NCBI GenBank assembly: GCA_963422395.1
Contig: OY729431.1
Location: 928,001-992,000 of the forward strand
Origin: Vicinamibacteria bacterium
GTDB taxonomy: Bacteria > Acidobacteriota > Vicinamibacteria > Marinacidobacterales > Marinacidobacteraceae
Reading direction: 5' to 3'
DNA length: 64,000 bases
Below the pieces are notes generated by a model. That model saw only the letters and a program-made list of their open reading frames with translations, made no database searches and was not told where the DNA came from. Below, piece by piece: positions 18,140 through 29,162 of the stretch. Position numbers and translations under genes: made by a program. Every line of letters begins with the position of its first letter. The stretch's first letter is position 1.

Positions 18140-19498
18140 ATGCCCCTCACCAAGACTCCGTTGCTCGCGGAGACGGTGCGGAAGCTGGTGTCCCGGGGAG
18201 CGTTCGCTAACGCCCACCGCATCCTCGAAAAGCTCCACGCCGCGGATGTGGCGCAGGTTCTCGCCGACCTGCCCGAGGCGTACCGGTTGAAGACCTTCCG
18301 GGTCGTCTTCCAGCGGGATCTGGCGCTCGCCGCTGCCGCCCTGGGAGAACTCGGAACCGACCGGGCGGCCACCCTGGTTCCCCGGCTGGAGCCCGCGGAG
18401 ATCTCCCAGCTCCTCCAGGAGCTCGACCCCGATGACGCGGCGGGTTTCCTGAGCGAACTGCCCGAGGAGCTCCGCGAAGAGGTGCTTCGCGGGATGCGCA
18501 CCCGCGAAGCCTCCGATGTCGAGGATCTGCTCCAGTACCCCGAGGAGACCGCGGGTCGGATCATGAGCCCGAAGGTGTTTTCGATCTCCGAGGACGCCTC
18601 CATCGGCGAGGCGATGAAACGCCTGCAGGAATCGCCCGATGTGGAAATGGTCTTCTACATCTATGTGGTGGACGACCACGGGACCCTGGTGGGCGTACTC
18701 TCGCTGCGCCAGCTCCTGCAGCGGCGCCCGGACGCGCTGCTCTCGGAAGTCATGGTCACCGATGTCCTCCGGGTCCGCACCGAGATGGACCAGGAAGAGG
18801 TCGCCCAGCTGGTCGCCAGCTACAACATCCTGGCGGTGCCGGTGGTGAACCACCAGGGGAAGCTGGTGGGCGTCATCACCGTGGACGATGTGATCGATGT
18901 CCTGAAGGAGGAAGCCACCGAGGACATGTACCGGATGGCGGGGCTCGGCATGGCCGAGAGCGTCTTCACTCGCGCCCGGCGTTCGATCCGCATGCGGATT
19001 CCCTGGCTCACGGTGAACCTCGCCACCGCTTTCCTCGCCGCCTGGGTGGTCAGCCTCTTCGAGCAGGCCATCGCCCGATTCGCGGTGCTGGCGGTGTTCA
19101 TGCCGGTGGTTCCGCTGCTCGGGGGCAACGCGGGGAACCAGACCCTCACCGTGATGGTTCGGGGGATCGCGCTCGGCGAACTGAGCTGGAAGAACAGCCG
19201 GAAGGCTCTGCTCAAGGAGCTCGCGGTCGGGTCGGTGAACGGCCTGGTGATCGGGTTGCTGATCGCCGGGGTGGCCTGGCTCTGGAAGGGCGACCCTCGG
19301 ATCGGGCTCGCTCTCGCCCTCGCGATGCTCGGTACCATGGTGGTCGCCGCGGTCGTCGGCACCCTGATGCCGCTCACCTTGCGCTGGCTGCAGGTGGATC
19401 CTGCGCTCGCCTCCTCGGTGTTCGTCACCACCGCAACCGATGTGGCGGGGTTCGTGCTCTTTCTCGGCCTCGGCACGACGGTGCTGACCTACTTCTGA
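18140..19498 (+). CDS. mgtE: Magnesium transporter MgtE
   Basis: YPEETAGRIM, CBS pair, GVITVDDVIDV, GGNAGNQ, DPALASSVFVTTATD. Confidence 0.95.
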   Translation: MPLTKTPLLAETVRKLVSRGAFANAHRILEKLHAADVAQVLADLPEAYRLKTFRVVFQRDLALAAAALGELGTDRAATLVPRLEPAEISQLLQELDPDDAAGFLSELPEELREEVLRGMRTREASDVEDLLQYPEETAGRIMSPKVFSISEDASIGEAMKRLQESPDVEMVFYIYVVDDHGTLVGVLSLRQLLQRRPDALLSEVMVTDVLRVRTEMDQEEVAQLVASYNILAVPVVNHQGKLVGVITVDDVIDVLKEEATEDMYRMAGLGMAESVFTRARRSIRMRIPWLTVNLATAFLAAWVVSLFEQAIARFAVLAVFMPVVPLLGGNAGNQTLTVMVRGIALGELSWKNSRKALLKELAVGSVNGLVIGLLIAGVAWLWKGDPRIGLALALAMLGTMVVAAVVGTLMPLTLRWLQVDPALASSVFVTTATDVAGFVLFLGLGTTVLTYF

Positions 19499-19527
19499 GC
19501 TGCCGTCCGAAATCCGGGGCCGACCCG

Positions 19528-20301
19528 ATGCCTCTCCGACAGTCGCGATGTTTCGTATTGCGCACCTACCCGGTGCGGGAAGCCGACAAGATCGCCGTCC
19601 TCTTCAGCGGAGAGGAGGGCAAGGTGCGCGGCTGGGCCCGGGGTGCCCGCCGTCCGAAGTCCCGTTTCGGCAGTTCAATCGACACCGGGAACGAAGTGGA
19701 GGTGTCGTGGTTCGAGCGCGAGGGCAGGGAACTGGTGCAGGTGGACCGCTGCGATCTCGTCGCCTCGGCGCTGCCGCTCGTCCGCGATCCGGTCCGCGCC
19801 GCCGCCATCCGCTACCTGTCGGAACTCGTGGACTCCTTCGCGCCGGACCGGGAAGGGAACCCGAAGCTCTACCGCCTGATCGGTGCCAGCCGTGACGCAC
19901 TCCTCGGCGAGCGTCCGGCGGAGCTCGTGGTCGCCTATTTCGAAGCGTGGATCCTGCGCCTGTCGGGGCTCTATCCCCGGCCGGGCCGCTGCGGCTGCGG
20001 TGAGGGGTTCGAAAAGGCAGGAGCGAGCTTCTTCGCCGGCGGGCCGTCGTTCCGCTGCCCTGCCTGCACCGCCCGCCGGGGAGAGCCGACGATGCGGGTC
20101 TCGCCGGGCGCACTGGGCCTGCTGGCCGAATTCTGGGTGCACCCGCCCGCGGCGGTGACTGCCGAACCCCGGGCCGCCGAGGAGCTCTTCCGCTTCCACG
20201 GGCGGCTCGCCGCCGCCTCCGCCGAAAGGGCGCTTCCCGCGCGCGCCACGCTCGAAGAGAGGCTCCGCTCGGCCTCTGGGAGCGTCAGAATTCCGGCGTG
20301 A
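19528..20301 (+). CDS. recO: DNA repair protein RecO
   Basis: [24 protein letters not shown], Cys cluster, located upstream of glyQS. Confidence 0.9.
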   Translation: MPLRQSRCFVLRTYPVREADKIAVLFSGEEGKVRGWARGARRPKSRFGSSIDTGNEVEVSWFEREGRELVQVDRCDLVASALPLVRDPVRAAAIRYLSELVDSFAPDREGNPKLYRLIGASRDALLGERPAELVVAYFEAWILRLSGLYPRPGRCGCGEGFEKAGASFFAGGPSFRCPACTARRGEPTMRVSPGALGLLAEFWVHPPAAVTAEPRAAEELFRFHGRLAAASAERALPARATLEERLRSASGSVRIPA

Positions 20302-21143
20302 TGACCTTCCAGGATCTGATCCGCACCCTCACCGCCTTCTGGGCGGAGCGGGGCGCCCTGGTCGCCCAGCCCTATGACCTGGAGATGGGCGCCGGCACGA
20401 TGCACCCCGAGACCTTTTTTCGGGTGCTCGGCCCTGCTCCCTGGAAGGTCGTGTATGTCCAGCCCTCCCGCCGCCCGGCAGACGGGCGCTACGGCGAAAA
20501 TCCGAACCGCCTCGGCAAGCACCACCAGCTCCAGCTGATCCTGAAGCCGGCTCCGCAGGACATCCAGGACCTCTATCTCGAAAGCCTCGCTTCCTGCGGA
20601 GTGGATGCCGCGGAGCACGATCTGCGTTTCGAGGAGGACAACTGGGCGGCGCCCACCCTCGGCGCCTGGGGTGTCGGCTGGCAGGTGGTGCTCGACGGTC
20701 TCGAAATCAGCCAGTTCACCTACTTCCAGCAGTCCGGCGGCGTCGAACTCGCCCCCGTCTCGGTGGAGATCACCTACGGCCTCGAGCGCCTCGCCATGTA
20801 CCTCCAGGATGTTGAGGATGTGTACGACCTCGCCTGGGCGCCCGGGGTGCGCTATCGGGAAGTGCGTCGGCGGGACGAGGTCGAGGGTTCGCGCTACGCC
20901 TTCGAAGAGGCGGACCTCGCGGTTCTCGCCCGGGGCTTCGCCGAGGCGGTCGCCGACGGCCGGCGGCTCCTCGAAAGTGGGCTCGTGATCCCGGGGTACG
21001 AGTGCTGCCTCCGGGCTTCGCACCTGTTCAACCTGCTCGATGCCCGCGGCGCGGTCTCGGTGAGCGACCGCCCGGCGCGCATCCTGGCGGTGCGCCGGCT
21101 GGCGCTGCGGGCGGCGGCTCGTTTCCTGGAAGACGCCGCATGA
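20298..21143 (+). CDS. glyQ: Glycine--tRNA ligase alpha subunit
   Basis: [40 protein letters not shown]. Confidence 0.97.
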   Translation: MMTFQDLIRTLTAFWAERGALVAQPYDLEMGAGTMHPETFFRVLGPAPWKVVYVQPSRRPADGRYGENPNRLGKHHQLQLILKPAPQDIQDLYLESLASCGVDAAEHDLRFEEDNWAAPTLGAWGVGWQVVLDGLEISQFTYFQQSGGVELAPVSVEITYGLERLAMYLQDVEDVYDLAWAPGVRYREVRRRDEVEGSRYAFEEADLAVLARGFAEAVADGRRLLESGLVIPGYECCLRASHLFNLLDARGAVSVSDRPARILAVRRLALRAAARFLEDAA

Positions 21144-23305
21144 GCGCCTCCGAGTCGGCCGAGCTGCTGCTCGAGATCGGCTGCGAGGAGATCCCCGCCG
21201 ACTGGCTGAGCCCTCTCGTCGAGGGGTTCGGCAAGGCGGTTGCGGACGGGCTGCACGGTGTCGGGCTGCATGGCGCCGCTGGGGAAGTCGAGGGCTGCGG
21301 AACCCCCCGGCGGCTGGTGGCTCGAGCCCGGTCGGCGGCTCTCCGGCAGCCGGACCGCCTGGAACGGATCACCGGCCCTCCCGCACGAGTGGGGCGAGAC
21401 GAAAACGGCTGGACCCGCGCGGCGGTCGGGTTCGCCCGGCGGCACGGAATCGAGAGTGCCGAACTCGACGCTCGAATGCAGCTGGTGTCCACTCCCCGCG
21501 GCGACTATCTCGGGATCGAGCGCCGCGTCCTCGGCCGCCCGGCGATGGAAGTCCTGCCGGGAGTGGTCGAGGGTGCGCTCCGGGCGCTCCCGTTTCGGAA
21601 GACGATGCACTGGGATGCCTCGATCTCCGGCGAGCCGTTCCCTTTCGGGCGGCCGATCCGCTGGATCGTGGCGCTCCTCGGCGGGCAGGTCATTCCGTTC
21701 CGCATCGAGGTCGCCGGGGGCGAACCGGTCGTCGCCGGCAACCGGAGTCGGGGGCACCGGTTCCGGTCGCGCATCGGGAAGCCCGGCGAGTCCTTCGAAG
21801 TGGATTCCTTCGCGTCGCTCCGGAAAGAGTTGCGGGAGCGCTTCGTCATCCTCGACCCGAAGGAGCGGCAGCAGAAGCTGTCGCGGGCTCTAGACGGCGC
21901 CGCCCGCGGAAGCGGCGGCCTTTTCGAAACCCCTTCGCAGCATCACCACCTCGTCGAATACCCGGGTGCGGTGCTCGGCCGCTACTCCGAGGATTTTCGT
22001 GCTCTGCCGATGGAAATCCGGCGCGCCGTGCTGGTGCATCACCAGAAATACCTGCCGGTCGAGGAGGAGTGCGCCTTCCTCGCCGTCGTGAACATGCCGG
22101 ACGATCCGCAAGGGCACATCCGGCGCGGCGTCGAACGGGTCGTGCGCGCTCGGCTCCGCGACGCCCGGTTCTTCTGGGACGGGGACCGGAAGACCCGGCT
22201 GGCGGAACGCCGCGCCGGGCTCGCGGAAGTCGTCTTCCACCAGCGCCTCGGCAGCCTCGGAGAGAAGGCCGACCGGATGGAGCGGCTCGCCCGCTGGATC
22301 GCTTCTCGGATCGGGGCCGCCCACGAGGCGGCGGCGGAGGCTGCCGGACTCGCCAAGTGCGATCTCACGAGCGGGCTAGTGGGCGAATTCGCCTCGCTCC
22401 AGGGGGTCGTCGGCGGGCTGCTGCTCCGCGAGGAGGGCGCGCCGAAGGAGATCTGGAGTGCGGTGTACGACCACTACCGGCCAGCGGGTCTCGACGGCGA
22501 ACTGCCGCGAACAGTGGAAGGCGCGGCCGTCTCGCTCGCCGACCGCGCGGACACCCTCGCGGGCTTCTTCCTCGCGGGAGAGGCTCCCTCCGGTTCGGGA
22601 GATCCCTACGGCCTCCGGCGAGCGGCCTTCTCGCTGCTCCGGACGCTGGCCGACGGTCCGGCGTTGCAAAGCATCGGAGATTGGCCGTCGCCCGCGGCCC
22701 TCCTCGACGAGGCGCTTTCCGGATACCCGAGTCTCGGGGAGGAATCGGCGCGGCGCGCCGCCCGCGCCGACCTGCACATCTTCCTCGAAGAGCGGCTCCA
22801 CCACGCCTTCGGGCGGGATTTCTCGAGAGGCGCCGTCCGCACCGTGCTCTCTCGACAACTCTCTCGACGAGGCGTCGAACTACGGGTGGACGACGCCCGG
22901 ATGCGGATCCATGCCCTCGAGGAAGCAAGCAGCTCCGGGGATCTTTCGGCCCTGTCGATCGCGGCCACCCGGGTGCGCCGTATCCTGCCGCCCGAGGCGC
23001 AGCAGGGCTCGGACCCGCGGCGGGATCTGCTCGCCGAGCCCGCCGAAGAGGCGCTGCTCCTCGGTCTCGAGGTGACCGAAGCGCGGGTGCGGGAGCGCTT
23101 CGGCCGGGACGACTACACCGGCGGTCTGTCCGAGCTGGCGGCGCTCCGGCCGCAGGTGGATCGGTTCTTCGACGAGGTGCTGGTGATGGTGGACGACCCC
23201 GAAGTCCGCGCCAACCGGCTCGCGCTGCTGGCCCGGCTAGACGCCCTCTTCTCCCAGGTGGGAGACTTGCGCGAGCTCGCCGCCACCGCCGCTGCGGAGC
23301 GCTGA
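21140..23305 (+). CDS. glyS: Glycine--tRNA ligase beta subunit
   Basis: [62 protein letters not shown] overlap with glyQ. Confidence 0.96.
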   Translation: MSASESAELLLEIGCEEIPADWLSPLVEGFGKAVADGLHGVGLHGAAGEVEGCGTPRRLVARARSAALRQPDRLERITGPPARVGRDENGWTRAAVGFARRHGIESAELDARMQLVSTPRGDYLGIERRVLGRPAMEVLPGVVEGALRALPFRKTMHWDASISGEPFPFGRPIRWIVALLGGQVIPFRIEVAGGEPVVAGNRSRGHRFRSRIGKPGESFEVDSFASLRKELRERFVILDPKERQQKLSRALDGAARGSGGLFETPSQHHHLVEYPGAVLGRYSEDFRALPMEIRRAVLVHHQKYLPVEEECAFLAVVNMPDDPQGHIRRGVERVVRARLRDARFFWDGDRKTRLAERRAGLAEVVFHQRLGSLGEKADRMERLARWIASRIGAAHEAAAEAAGLAKCDLTSGLVGEFASLQGVVGGLLLREEGAPKEIWSAVYDHYRPAGLDGELPRTVEGAAVSLADRADTLAGFFLAGEAPSGSGDPYGLRRAAFSLLRTLADGPALQSIGDWPSPAALLDEALSGYPSLGEESARRAARADLHIFLEERLHHAFGRDFSRGAVRTVLSRQLSRRGVELRVDDARMRIHALEEASSSGDLSALSIAATRVRRILPPEAQQGSDPRRDLLAEPAEEALLLGLEVTEARVRERFGRDDYTGGLSELAALRPQVDRFFDEVLVMVDDPEVRANRLALLARLDALFSQVGDLRELAATAAAER

Positions 23306-23341
23306 GCAGCTGCGCTCGGGACTCGCCTGCAGGTCGAGCTG

Positions 23342-25114
23342 ATGGCCCGAATCCACCGCCTTCCGCCCGCCGTCTCCAATCAGATCGCCGCCGGGGAGGT
23401 GGTCGAACGCCCCGCTGCGGTGGTGCGCGAACTCGTCGAGAATTCGATCGACGCCGGAGCTTCCGGAGTTTCGGTGCGGGTGCGCCGGGCAGGGAAGGCG
23501 GAGATCCGGGTGAGCGACGACGGCGTGGGGATGAGTCCGGAAGACGCCCGGCTCGCCCTCGAACGCCACGCCACCAGCAAGATCGAATCTGTGGACGATC
23601 TGGCCGCGATCGGCTCGCTCGGGTTCCGCGGCGAGGCGCTGCCTTCGATCGCCTCGGTGTCCCGCTTCCGTCTGCGGACCCGCGAACGGGAGGCAGACGC
23701 CGGCTGGGAGATCCGGATCGAGGGAGGCGGGGAGGGGGCCGGCCGAGAGGGGGTGCCGGCGGGCCTACCGACGGGGATGCCGCCGGGGACCGTGGTCGAA
23801 GTGCGCGATCTGTTCTTCAACACTCCGGCCCGGCGCAAGTTCCTGCGGGCGGAGAGCACCGAGTCGTCGCACATCGTCGCTGCGGTCAGCCATCTCGCGG
23901 TCGCCTGGCCCCAGGTGCGCTTCGACCTCGAAAGCGGCGGCCGGCGGGTACTCGCCCTCGATCCCGCCGGGGATACGGCGTCCCGACTCGCGCAGCTGGA
24001 ACCGCGCTTTTGTCGGGACGCCATCACGGTTGCGCCCCGAGCCGGCGATCCCGCCCTTCGGGCCTTCCTTTCTCCGCCGATGGCGGCGCGCGGCGCCGCC
24101 TCCCGCCTGCTCCTCTTCGTGAATGGCCGCCCGATCCGGGACCGCCGGCTCTACCACGCGGTCACCGAGGCCTACCGCCGGGTGTCGCGCCTCTCGGGAA
24201 CGCCCAAGGCGTATATGTTTCTCGAGATCGCCCCCGAACTCGTGGACTTCAATGTCCATCCGGCGAAGGCGGAGGTGCGGTTCTCCGAACCCGAGGCGGC
24301 CTACCGCGCGGTCTTCCGCGGGGTGCTGGAAGCGCTCGAGGGGTCGCCGAAGCAGGTGGACCTCGGCGCTGCGGCGGGGCCTCCGGGCGCCGGGGGCGCG
24401 GGCGGACGGGGGGACAGTAGGGCGCGCGAACCGGTCGCTTCGCTCGGCAAGGACGGCGGGAGGGACGGGCGGTCGATCGGCGAGCTGCTCTACGGCGCCG
24501 AGACGGGCGAACCCGCCGCTCCCGCGTATCTCGGCTTCGGCGACACCCCGCCGATCGTCCTCGGGCAGTTCCGCCGCACCTACATCCTGGCCGAGGGTGA
24601 CGATGAACTGCTGCTCATCGACCAGCACGCCGCCGAAGAACGGGTGCTCTTCAACGGGCTCATGGAGCGCTCACCAGCCGGCGGGACGCTCTCCCTGCTG
24701 CAGCCGGTTCCGCTGCAGCTCTCTCCGGTGGAGCGGGCGGCGCTCGCGGACGAACGGGAGCGGCTCGCCGCGGCCGGGTTCGAGATCGAGTCGTTCGGCG
24801 AAGATTCCTGGATCCTGCGGGGAGTTCCCGAAGTGCTCGGCGCCGGCCGCGGGGTCGAGGTCCTGATGCGCTCGCTCGCGGTCGAGGAAGGCGAGTGTCC
24901 CTTGAGTGCCGGCCACGACGCCAAGGCCCGGATCATGGCGCGGATCGCCTGCCACGCGGCGATCACCGCGAATGTCCGGCTCGGCGTCGAGCGCATGGAC
25001 GAGGTCCTGCGCTCGCTCTGGGCAGCATCGAACCCCTCCACCTGCCCCCACGGGCGCCCCACCGTCCTCCGCCTCGACCTGCAGTTCCTCGAACGCCGTT
25101 TCCGCCGCAGGTAA
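23342..25114 (+). CDS. mutL: DNA mismatch repair protein MutL
   Basis: NQIAAGEVVERP, GFRGEAL, DFNVHPAK, DQHAAEER, ACHAAI, CPHGRP. Confidence 0.97.
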   Translation: MARIHRLPPAVSNQIAAGEVVERPAAVVRELVENSIDAGASGVSVRVRRAGKAEIRVSDDGVGMSPEDARLALERHATSKIESVDDLAAIGSLGFRGEALPSIASVSRFRLRTREREADAGWEIRIEGGGEGAGREGVPAGLPTGMPPGTVVEVRDLFFNTPARRKFLRAESTESSHIVAAVSHLAVAWPQVRFDLESGGRRVLALDPAGDTASRLAQLEPRFCRDAITVAPRAGDPALRAFLSPPMAARGAASRLLLFVNGRPIRDRRLYHAVTEAYRRVSRLSGTPKAYMFLEIAPELVDFNVHPAKAEVRFSEPEAAYRAVFRGVLEALEGSPKQVDLGAAAGPPGAGGAGGRGDSRAREPVASLGKDGGRDGRSIGELLYGAETGEPAAPAYLGFGDTPPIVLGQFRRTYILAEGDDELLLIDQHAAEERVLFNGLMERSPAGGTLSLLQPVPLQLSPVERAALADERERLAAAGFEIESFGEDSWILRGVPEVLGAGRGVEVLMRSLAVEEGECPLSAGHDAKARIMARIACHAAITANVRLGVERMDEVLRSLWAASNPSTCPHGRPTVLRLDLQFLERRFRRR

Positions 25115-25131
25115 CGGCTGTCGAAACCCTG

Positions 25132-25395
25132 ATGGCCCGCCGCCAACGACTCCGGAAGCCGCGCGGTAGGCATTTCGGCAGGAAACCGCTCCCCTCCGCG
25201 GTCACTCTCGCCTGGGTCCGTTACTTCGCCGGGCGGACGCTCCAGCTGGCGGGGATGCTGCTCGTGACCGCAGCGGCGGCGCTCTTCTTCGGGGCCGATG
25301 CCGAACGGCGCATGCTGGCGGCTACCGGCGCCGGAGCGCTGGTCTTCGTCCTCGGCTGGTGGATGGCCAGGAAACGGCCGCCCGCCGCGCGCTGA
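25132..25395 (+). CDS. Small two-TM membrane protein
   Basis: YFAGRTLQLAGMLLV...GALVFVLGWWM, directly after mutL. Confidence 0.6.
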   Translation: MARRQRLRKPRGRHFGRKPLPSAVTLAWVRYFAGRTLQLAGMLLVTAAAALFFGADAERRMLAATGAGALVFVLGWWMARKRPPAAR

Positions 25396-25459
25396 CCGAG
25401 AAGACCGACCAGGAAGATCGAACGGGAAGACCGACGGAACGAAGGCTGACTGGAAGCGT

Positions 25460-25897
25460 TCAGCCGCCGATGCCGTCGGCGCTGAAGAAGCGGACTACCG
25501 CCTCGAGCTCTTCCTTTTCCTGGTCCAGCTTGTACTGCAGCACATTCCGCACGCTGGCGATGGCGAGCACTCGGTCTCCGTCCATGATCGGCAGATGGCG
25601 GAAGTGGTGGGTGACCATGATTTCGAGCGCCTTCTCGATGGAGGTCTCCTGCGTGATGGTCACCGGGTTCCGGGTCATCGCTTCCCCGACGGTCGTGGTT
25701 TCGGGGTCGAGATGCCGGGCGACCACGCGGGTCATCAAATCGCGTTCGCTGAACATGCCGGCGAGCGTGCCGTCCGGATGCACGACCACCGCGGCGCCCA
25801 CCCGGTCCCGGACCATCGCCTCGACAGCGCCGCAGACGGTTTCCTCGGGCGGAATCCGCGTCGCGGGCCGGTGAGCGATCTTGAGGAGTGGTTCCAT
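25460..25897 (-). CDS. CBS-domain protein
   Basis: ATG at 25897. VGAAVVV, GMFSERDL, MTRNPVTI, FRHLPI. Confidence 0.88.
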   Translation of the reverse strand: MEPLLKIAHRPATRIPPEETVCGAVEAMVRDRVGAAVVVHPDGTLAGMFSERDLMTRVVARHLDPETTTVGEAMTRNPVTITQETSIEKALEIMVTHHFRHLPIMDGDRVLAIASVRNVLQYKLDQEKEELEAVVRFFSADGIGG

Positions 25898-26106
25898 GGT
25901 CGTTCCTTCGGTATTTCCGGCGTGCTTTCCGAAAAGCAGCCGAAAAGAACAGCCGAGGAACAGCGGAATCGAGGGCCCGATCCCTCCGGCTCCGCTGCCT
26001 CCCGAATTCGGCAGGCACACCCGGCGGAACCGCCTCCCGGAAAGAACCGACTTCGCGAATCGGAGTTTCGCAGAAGCCGGAGGGGATCGCAATTGCCGCC
26101 TCCCGA

Positions 26107-26128
26107 CACTTCGTCCACAGGTTGCTAG
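26107..26128. repeat. Isolated terminus of the MITE/IS1182-like family
   Basis: CACTTCGTCCACAGGTTG|CTAG resembles the element end CACTTCATCCACAGGCTG|CTAA near 42237..42258. Confidence 0.65.
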
Positions 26129-26146
26129 GCTGACCGGCAGGACCTC

Positions 26147-27286
26147 ATGCGGCTGGCCATCGTCTGTCACCCGACCCACGGCGGCAGCGGTGCGGTGGCT
26201 TCCGAGCTCGCTATCGGACTCGCCGACGCCGGCCACGATGTCCATGTGGTGAGTTACGCGGTGCCGTTCCGCCTGCGTCGGTTCCACCCCGGGATTCGGC
26301 TCCACGAAGTGGAGATCGCGTCGTATCCCCTGTTCCGCTATCCGCCGTACACGCTGGGGCTGGCGACCAAGCTCGCCGAGGTCGCCGCCGAGAGCGGCCT
26401 CGATGTCATCCACGCCCACTACGCGGTCCCGAATGCGGTGAGCGCTTTCCTCGCCCGCGAGATCATTGGAAACGGCAGCACCCGGCTGGTGACCACCCTC
26501 CACGGCACCGATATCACTCTCGTCGGAGCCGACAAGTCCTTCGATCGGGTGATTCGCTTCGCCCTCGAAAATTCGGACGCGGTCACCGCGGTCTCCAACT
26601 ATCTCGCAGAACGGACCCGGCGCGATTTCTCTCCCCAGCTTCCGGTGGAGGTGATTCCGAACTTCGTTTCGACCGCGCTGCCGCCGGACGAATCGGATCC
26701 GTGCGTTCGGGAGGCTTGGGCCCCGAACGGCGAGCGCATCCTCATGCACGCCTCGAACTTCCGTCCGGTGAAGCGGGTCAGCGACGTGGTGCGCATCTTC
26801 GACGCGGTGCGGCGCCGTCTGCCGGCGAAGCTGGTGCTGATCGGCGAGGGGCCGGAACGGCTGTTCGCCCAGCAGCTGGTGCGGGAGCTGGAGCTGAGGG
26901 GTGATGTGATCTTCCTGGGGGAGCAGGACGACATCCAGGGACCCCTGGCCGCCGCCGATCTGCTGCTCCTGCCGAGCGAGCAGGAGAGTTTCGGGCTGAC
27001 CGCCTTGGAGGCGATGGTCTCCCGGGTTCCGGTGATCGCCACCACGATCGGCGGCCTTCCCGAAGTGGTCGCCGACGGCGAATGCGGGCGGCTCTTCCCG
27101 GTGGGAGAGGTGGCGGGCATGGCGGCAGAGGCCGTCCGGCTGCTTTCCGACGAGTCGGCGCGGAAGGCCATGGGCGAGGCGGGGCGGGAGCGGGCGATCC
27201 GCTGCTTCGCTCGGGAGATCGTCTTGCCGCGCTATGAGGACCTCTACCACCGGGTCCTCGCGGGCGAGCCGGCGGTGTCCAGCTGA
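26147..27286 (+). CDS. bshA: N-acetyl-alpha-D-glucosaminyl L-malate synthase (bacillithiol biosynthesis)
   Basis: CHPTHGGSG, YPLFRYPPY, HAHYAVP, TTLHGTDIT, SNFRPVKR, ESFGL. Confidence 0.93.
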   Translation: MRLAIVCHPTHGGSGAVASELAIGLADAGHDVHVVSYAVPFRLRRFHPGIRLHEVEIASYPLFRYPPYTLGLATKLAEVAAESGLDVIHAHYAVPNAVSAFLAREIIGNGSTRLVTTLHGTDITLVGADKSFDRVIRFALENSDAVTAVSNYLAERTRRDFSPQLPVEVIPNFVSTALPPDESDPCVREAWAPNGERILMHASNFRPVKRVSDVVRIFDAVRRRLPAKLVLIGEGPERLFAQQLVRELELRGDVIFLGEQDDIQGPLAAADLLLLPSEQESFGLTALEAMVSRVPVIATTIGGLPEVVADGECGRLFPVGEVAGMAAEAVRLLSDESARKAMGEAGRERAIRCFAREIVLPRYEDLYHRVLAGEPAVSS

Positions 27287-27338
27287 GCCGCCCCAGGCGG
27301 AGCGCGGTCCAGCCGGATGGGGGAGCCGGTGGAGGTCG

Positions 27339-28325
27339 TCAGGCCCGGTAGATGTCCTCCCGGTAGCGGAGGGTTTCCGGGCGGGCTTCCAGGTATGCCT
27401 GATCCGTGAGGCTCGATACCCGGAGCCGGTGGGCGTGACGCCCGAGGGTGCCCGCCGGAACCGCGAGGGGAACCTGTCGTTCCCGAAAGGCGGTGATCTC
27501 GATGTGGAGTGCCGCCCTCTCTTGGGGATCGAGCCGCCGCTTCAGGTGTCCCGCGAGATGGCGGAGGACATTCTCGTGGGTTCGGATCGAGGGAGGCTCG
27601 GCGAGCCCGGCGGCGAAACCTCTCCGATACGCAGCGAGTGCCGACCGAGCGTCTTCCGCAGCGGCGAGTCGGCGCCCCAGCCGGCGGGCGGCAGTTTCCG
27701 AATGGGCCATCGACACCATCTTCCAGCGGGCGTGGAAGTCGAACAGATCGGACATCGCGGTGTTCGCGGGGTCGAGATCCCGAAGTGCCGCGAAGCCGAA
27801 GACGCGGGTCAGCCAATGGTCGCGGCGCGCCGGATCGTCGAGGGCGGTTTCGGAGATCTGCGGCGGGCTCCAGAGCTCCCTGCCGATCTCCCGATGGAGA
27901 CCGCCGCGGAGAACCGCCGCGAACACTCCGTCTCCCCGCGTGGAAACGACGACTTCGTTCCGGTGCACCTTCGCGTCTCCGGTGCCGCAACTGGGCGAGC
28001 GCGATTTCAGCACGACGCCCGCGATCCGCTCCTGTTGGAACCGCCGCGCCGCCGCCGCGGCGTAGGCGCTCATGACCGGAGTCAGGTCCTCTCCTTCCGC
28101 TCCGACCAGACGGACGCCGTCCCCGGCTGCTTCGAGCCGGATCTTCGGGCGGGGCACCCCGAGGCCGATCCCGACTTCGGGACACTCGGGGACCAGCTGG
28201 AAAGCGCGGCCGAGCGCTTCCGCGGCATAGCGGCTCCGTCGGTGTCCGCCGTCGTAGCGAACCCGCTCCCCGAGGAGACACGCGGACACCGCGATCCGGA
28301 GTTTCGGCTCGGGGCGTTCCGACAT
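27339..28325 (-). CDS. DUF523 (2-thiouracil desulfurase-like) plus DUF1722 protein (YbgA-like)
   Basis: SACLLGERVRYDGGH, CPEVGIGLGVPR, KSRSPSCG, FHARWK, NVLRHLAGHLK. Confidence 0.88.
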   Translation of the reverse strand: MSERPEPKLRIAVSACLLGERVRYDGGHRRSRYAAEALGRAFQLVPECPEVGIGLGVPRPKIRLEAAGDGVRLVGAEGEDLTPVMSAYAAAAARRFQQERIAGVVLKSRSPSCGTGDAKVHRNEVVVSTRGDGVFAAVLRGGLHREIGRELWSPPQISETALDDPARRDHWLTRVFGFAALRDLDPANTAMSDLFDFHARWKMVSMAHSETAARRLGRRLAAAEDARSALAAYRRGFAAGLAEPPSIRTHENVLRHLAGHLKRRLDPQERAALHIEITAFRERQVPLAVPAGTLGRHAHRLRVSSLTDQAYLEARPETLRYREDIYRA

Positions 28326-28423
28326 CGTATGAATCGGGGGAATCCTCGGAGTGCGCATCGGACCGACCGGCGGCCCGGCGGCGGGCTGCGGCGGGAAGAG
28401 CCGCTGCCGGGAGGCGCCGGACA

Positions 28424-29134
28424 GTGAGACTAGCGGGTGATTTCGAGACGCGGGTGACTTCCTGCCGCTCCTGTCCGCGGCTCGCCGCACACCGCGAAGC
28501 GGTCGGCGCGGAACCGCCGCGCCGCCACTCGGGCGATTGCTATTGGGCGCGCCCCGTCCCTTCGCTCGGCGGCGAGGGGTTTCGGCTGCTGATCGTCGGC
28601 CTCGCCCCGGCGGCCCACGGTGCGAACCGGACGGGCCGGATGTTCACCGGGGACCGGTCCGGGGAGTGGCTCTTCGAAGCGCTCCACCGGTTCGGCTTCT
28701 CGAGTGCGCCCCATTCGCCGGACCCGGCGGACGGGCTCCGTCTCGAAGACGCGCGGATCACCGCTGCCGTCCACTGTGCGCCGCCCGGCAACCGGCCGAC
28801 CGCTCGGGAACTCGCTGCCTGCCAACCTTTCCTCGAGGAGGAGATCGCGGCGGCTTCGCGGCTCCGGGTGGCTGTCGCGCTCGGAGCCGTCGCCTTCCGC
28901 GCCTTCCTCCGTGCCTGGGCTGCTGCCTCGCAGCCCGTTCCGGTGCCGGCGCCCCGTTTCGGACACGGCGTCTCGACGGAGCTGGCCCGAGGAGTCCGCC
29001 TGCTGGCCAGCTACCACCCGAGCCAGCAGAACACCTTCACCGGGCGTCTCACCCGCCCGATGTTCCATGCGGTGTTCGCCGAAGCGCGGCGTCTTCTCGA
29101 GAAGCCGCAAGAATCCTCCGAGATTCAGCCCTGA
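28424..29134 (+). CDS. Uracil-DNA glycosylase family 5 (UdgB-like)
   Basis: CRSCPRL, GLAPAAHGANRTGRMFTGD, CAPPGNRP, YHPSQQN. Confidence 0.92.
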   Translation: MRLAGDFETRVTSCRSCPRLAAHREAVGAEPPRRHSGDCYWARPVPSLGGEGFRLLIVGLAPAAHGANRTGRMFTGDRSGEWLFEALHRFGFSSAPHSPDPADGLRLEDARITAAVHCAPPGNRPTARELAACQPFLEEEIAAASRLRVAVALGAVAFRAFLRAWAAASQPVPVPAPRFGHGVSTELARGVRLLASYHPSQQNTFTGRLTRPMFHAVFAEARRLLEKPQESSEIQP

Positions 29135-29162
29135 CCTGCCTGGGTGCGGTGAACCTCCCGAA

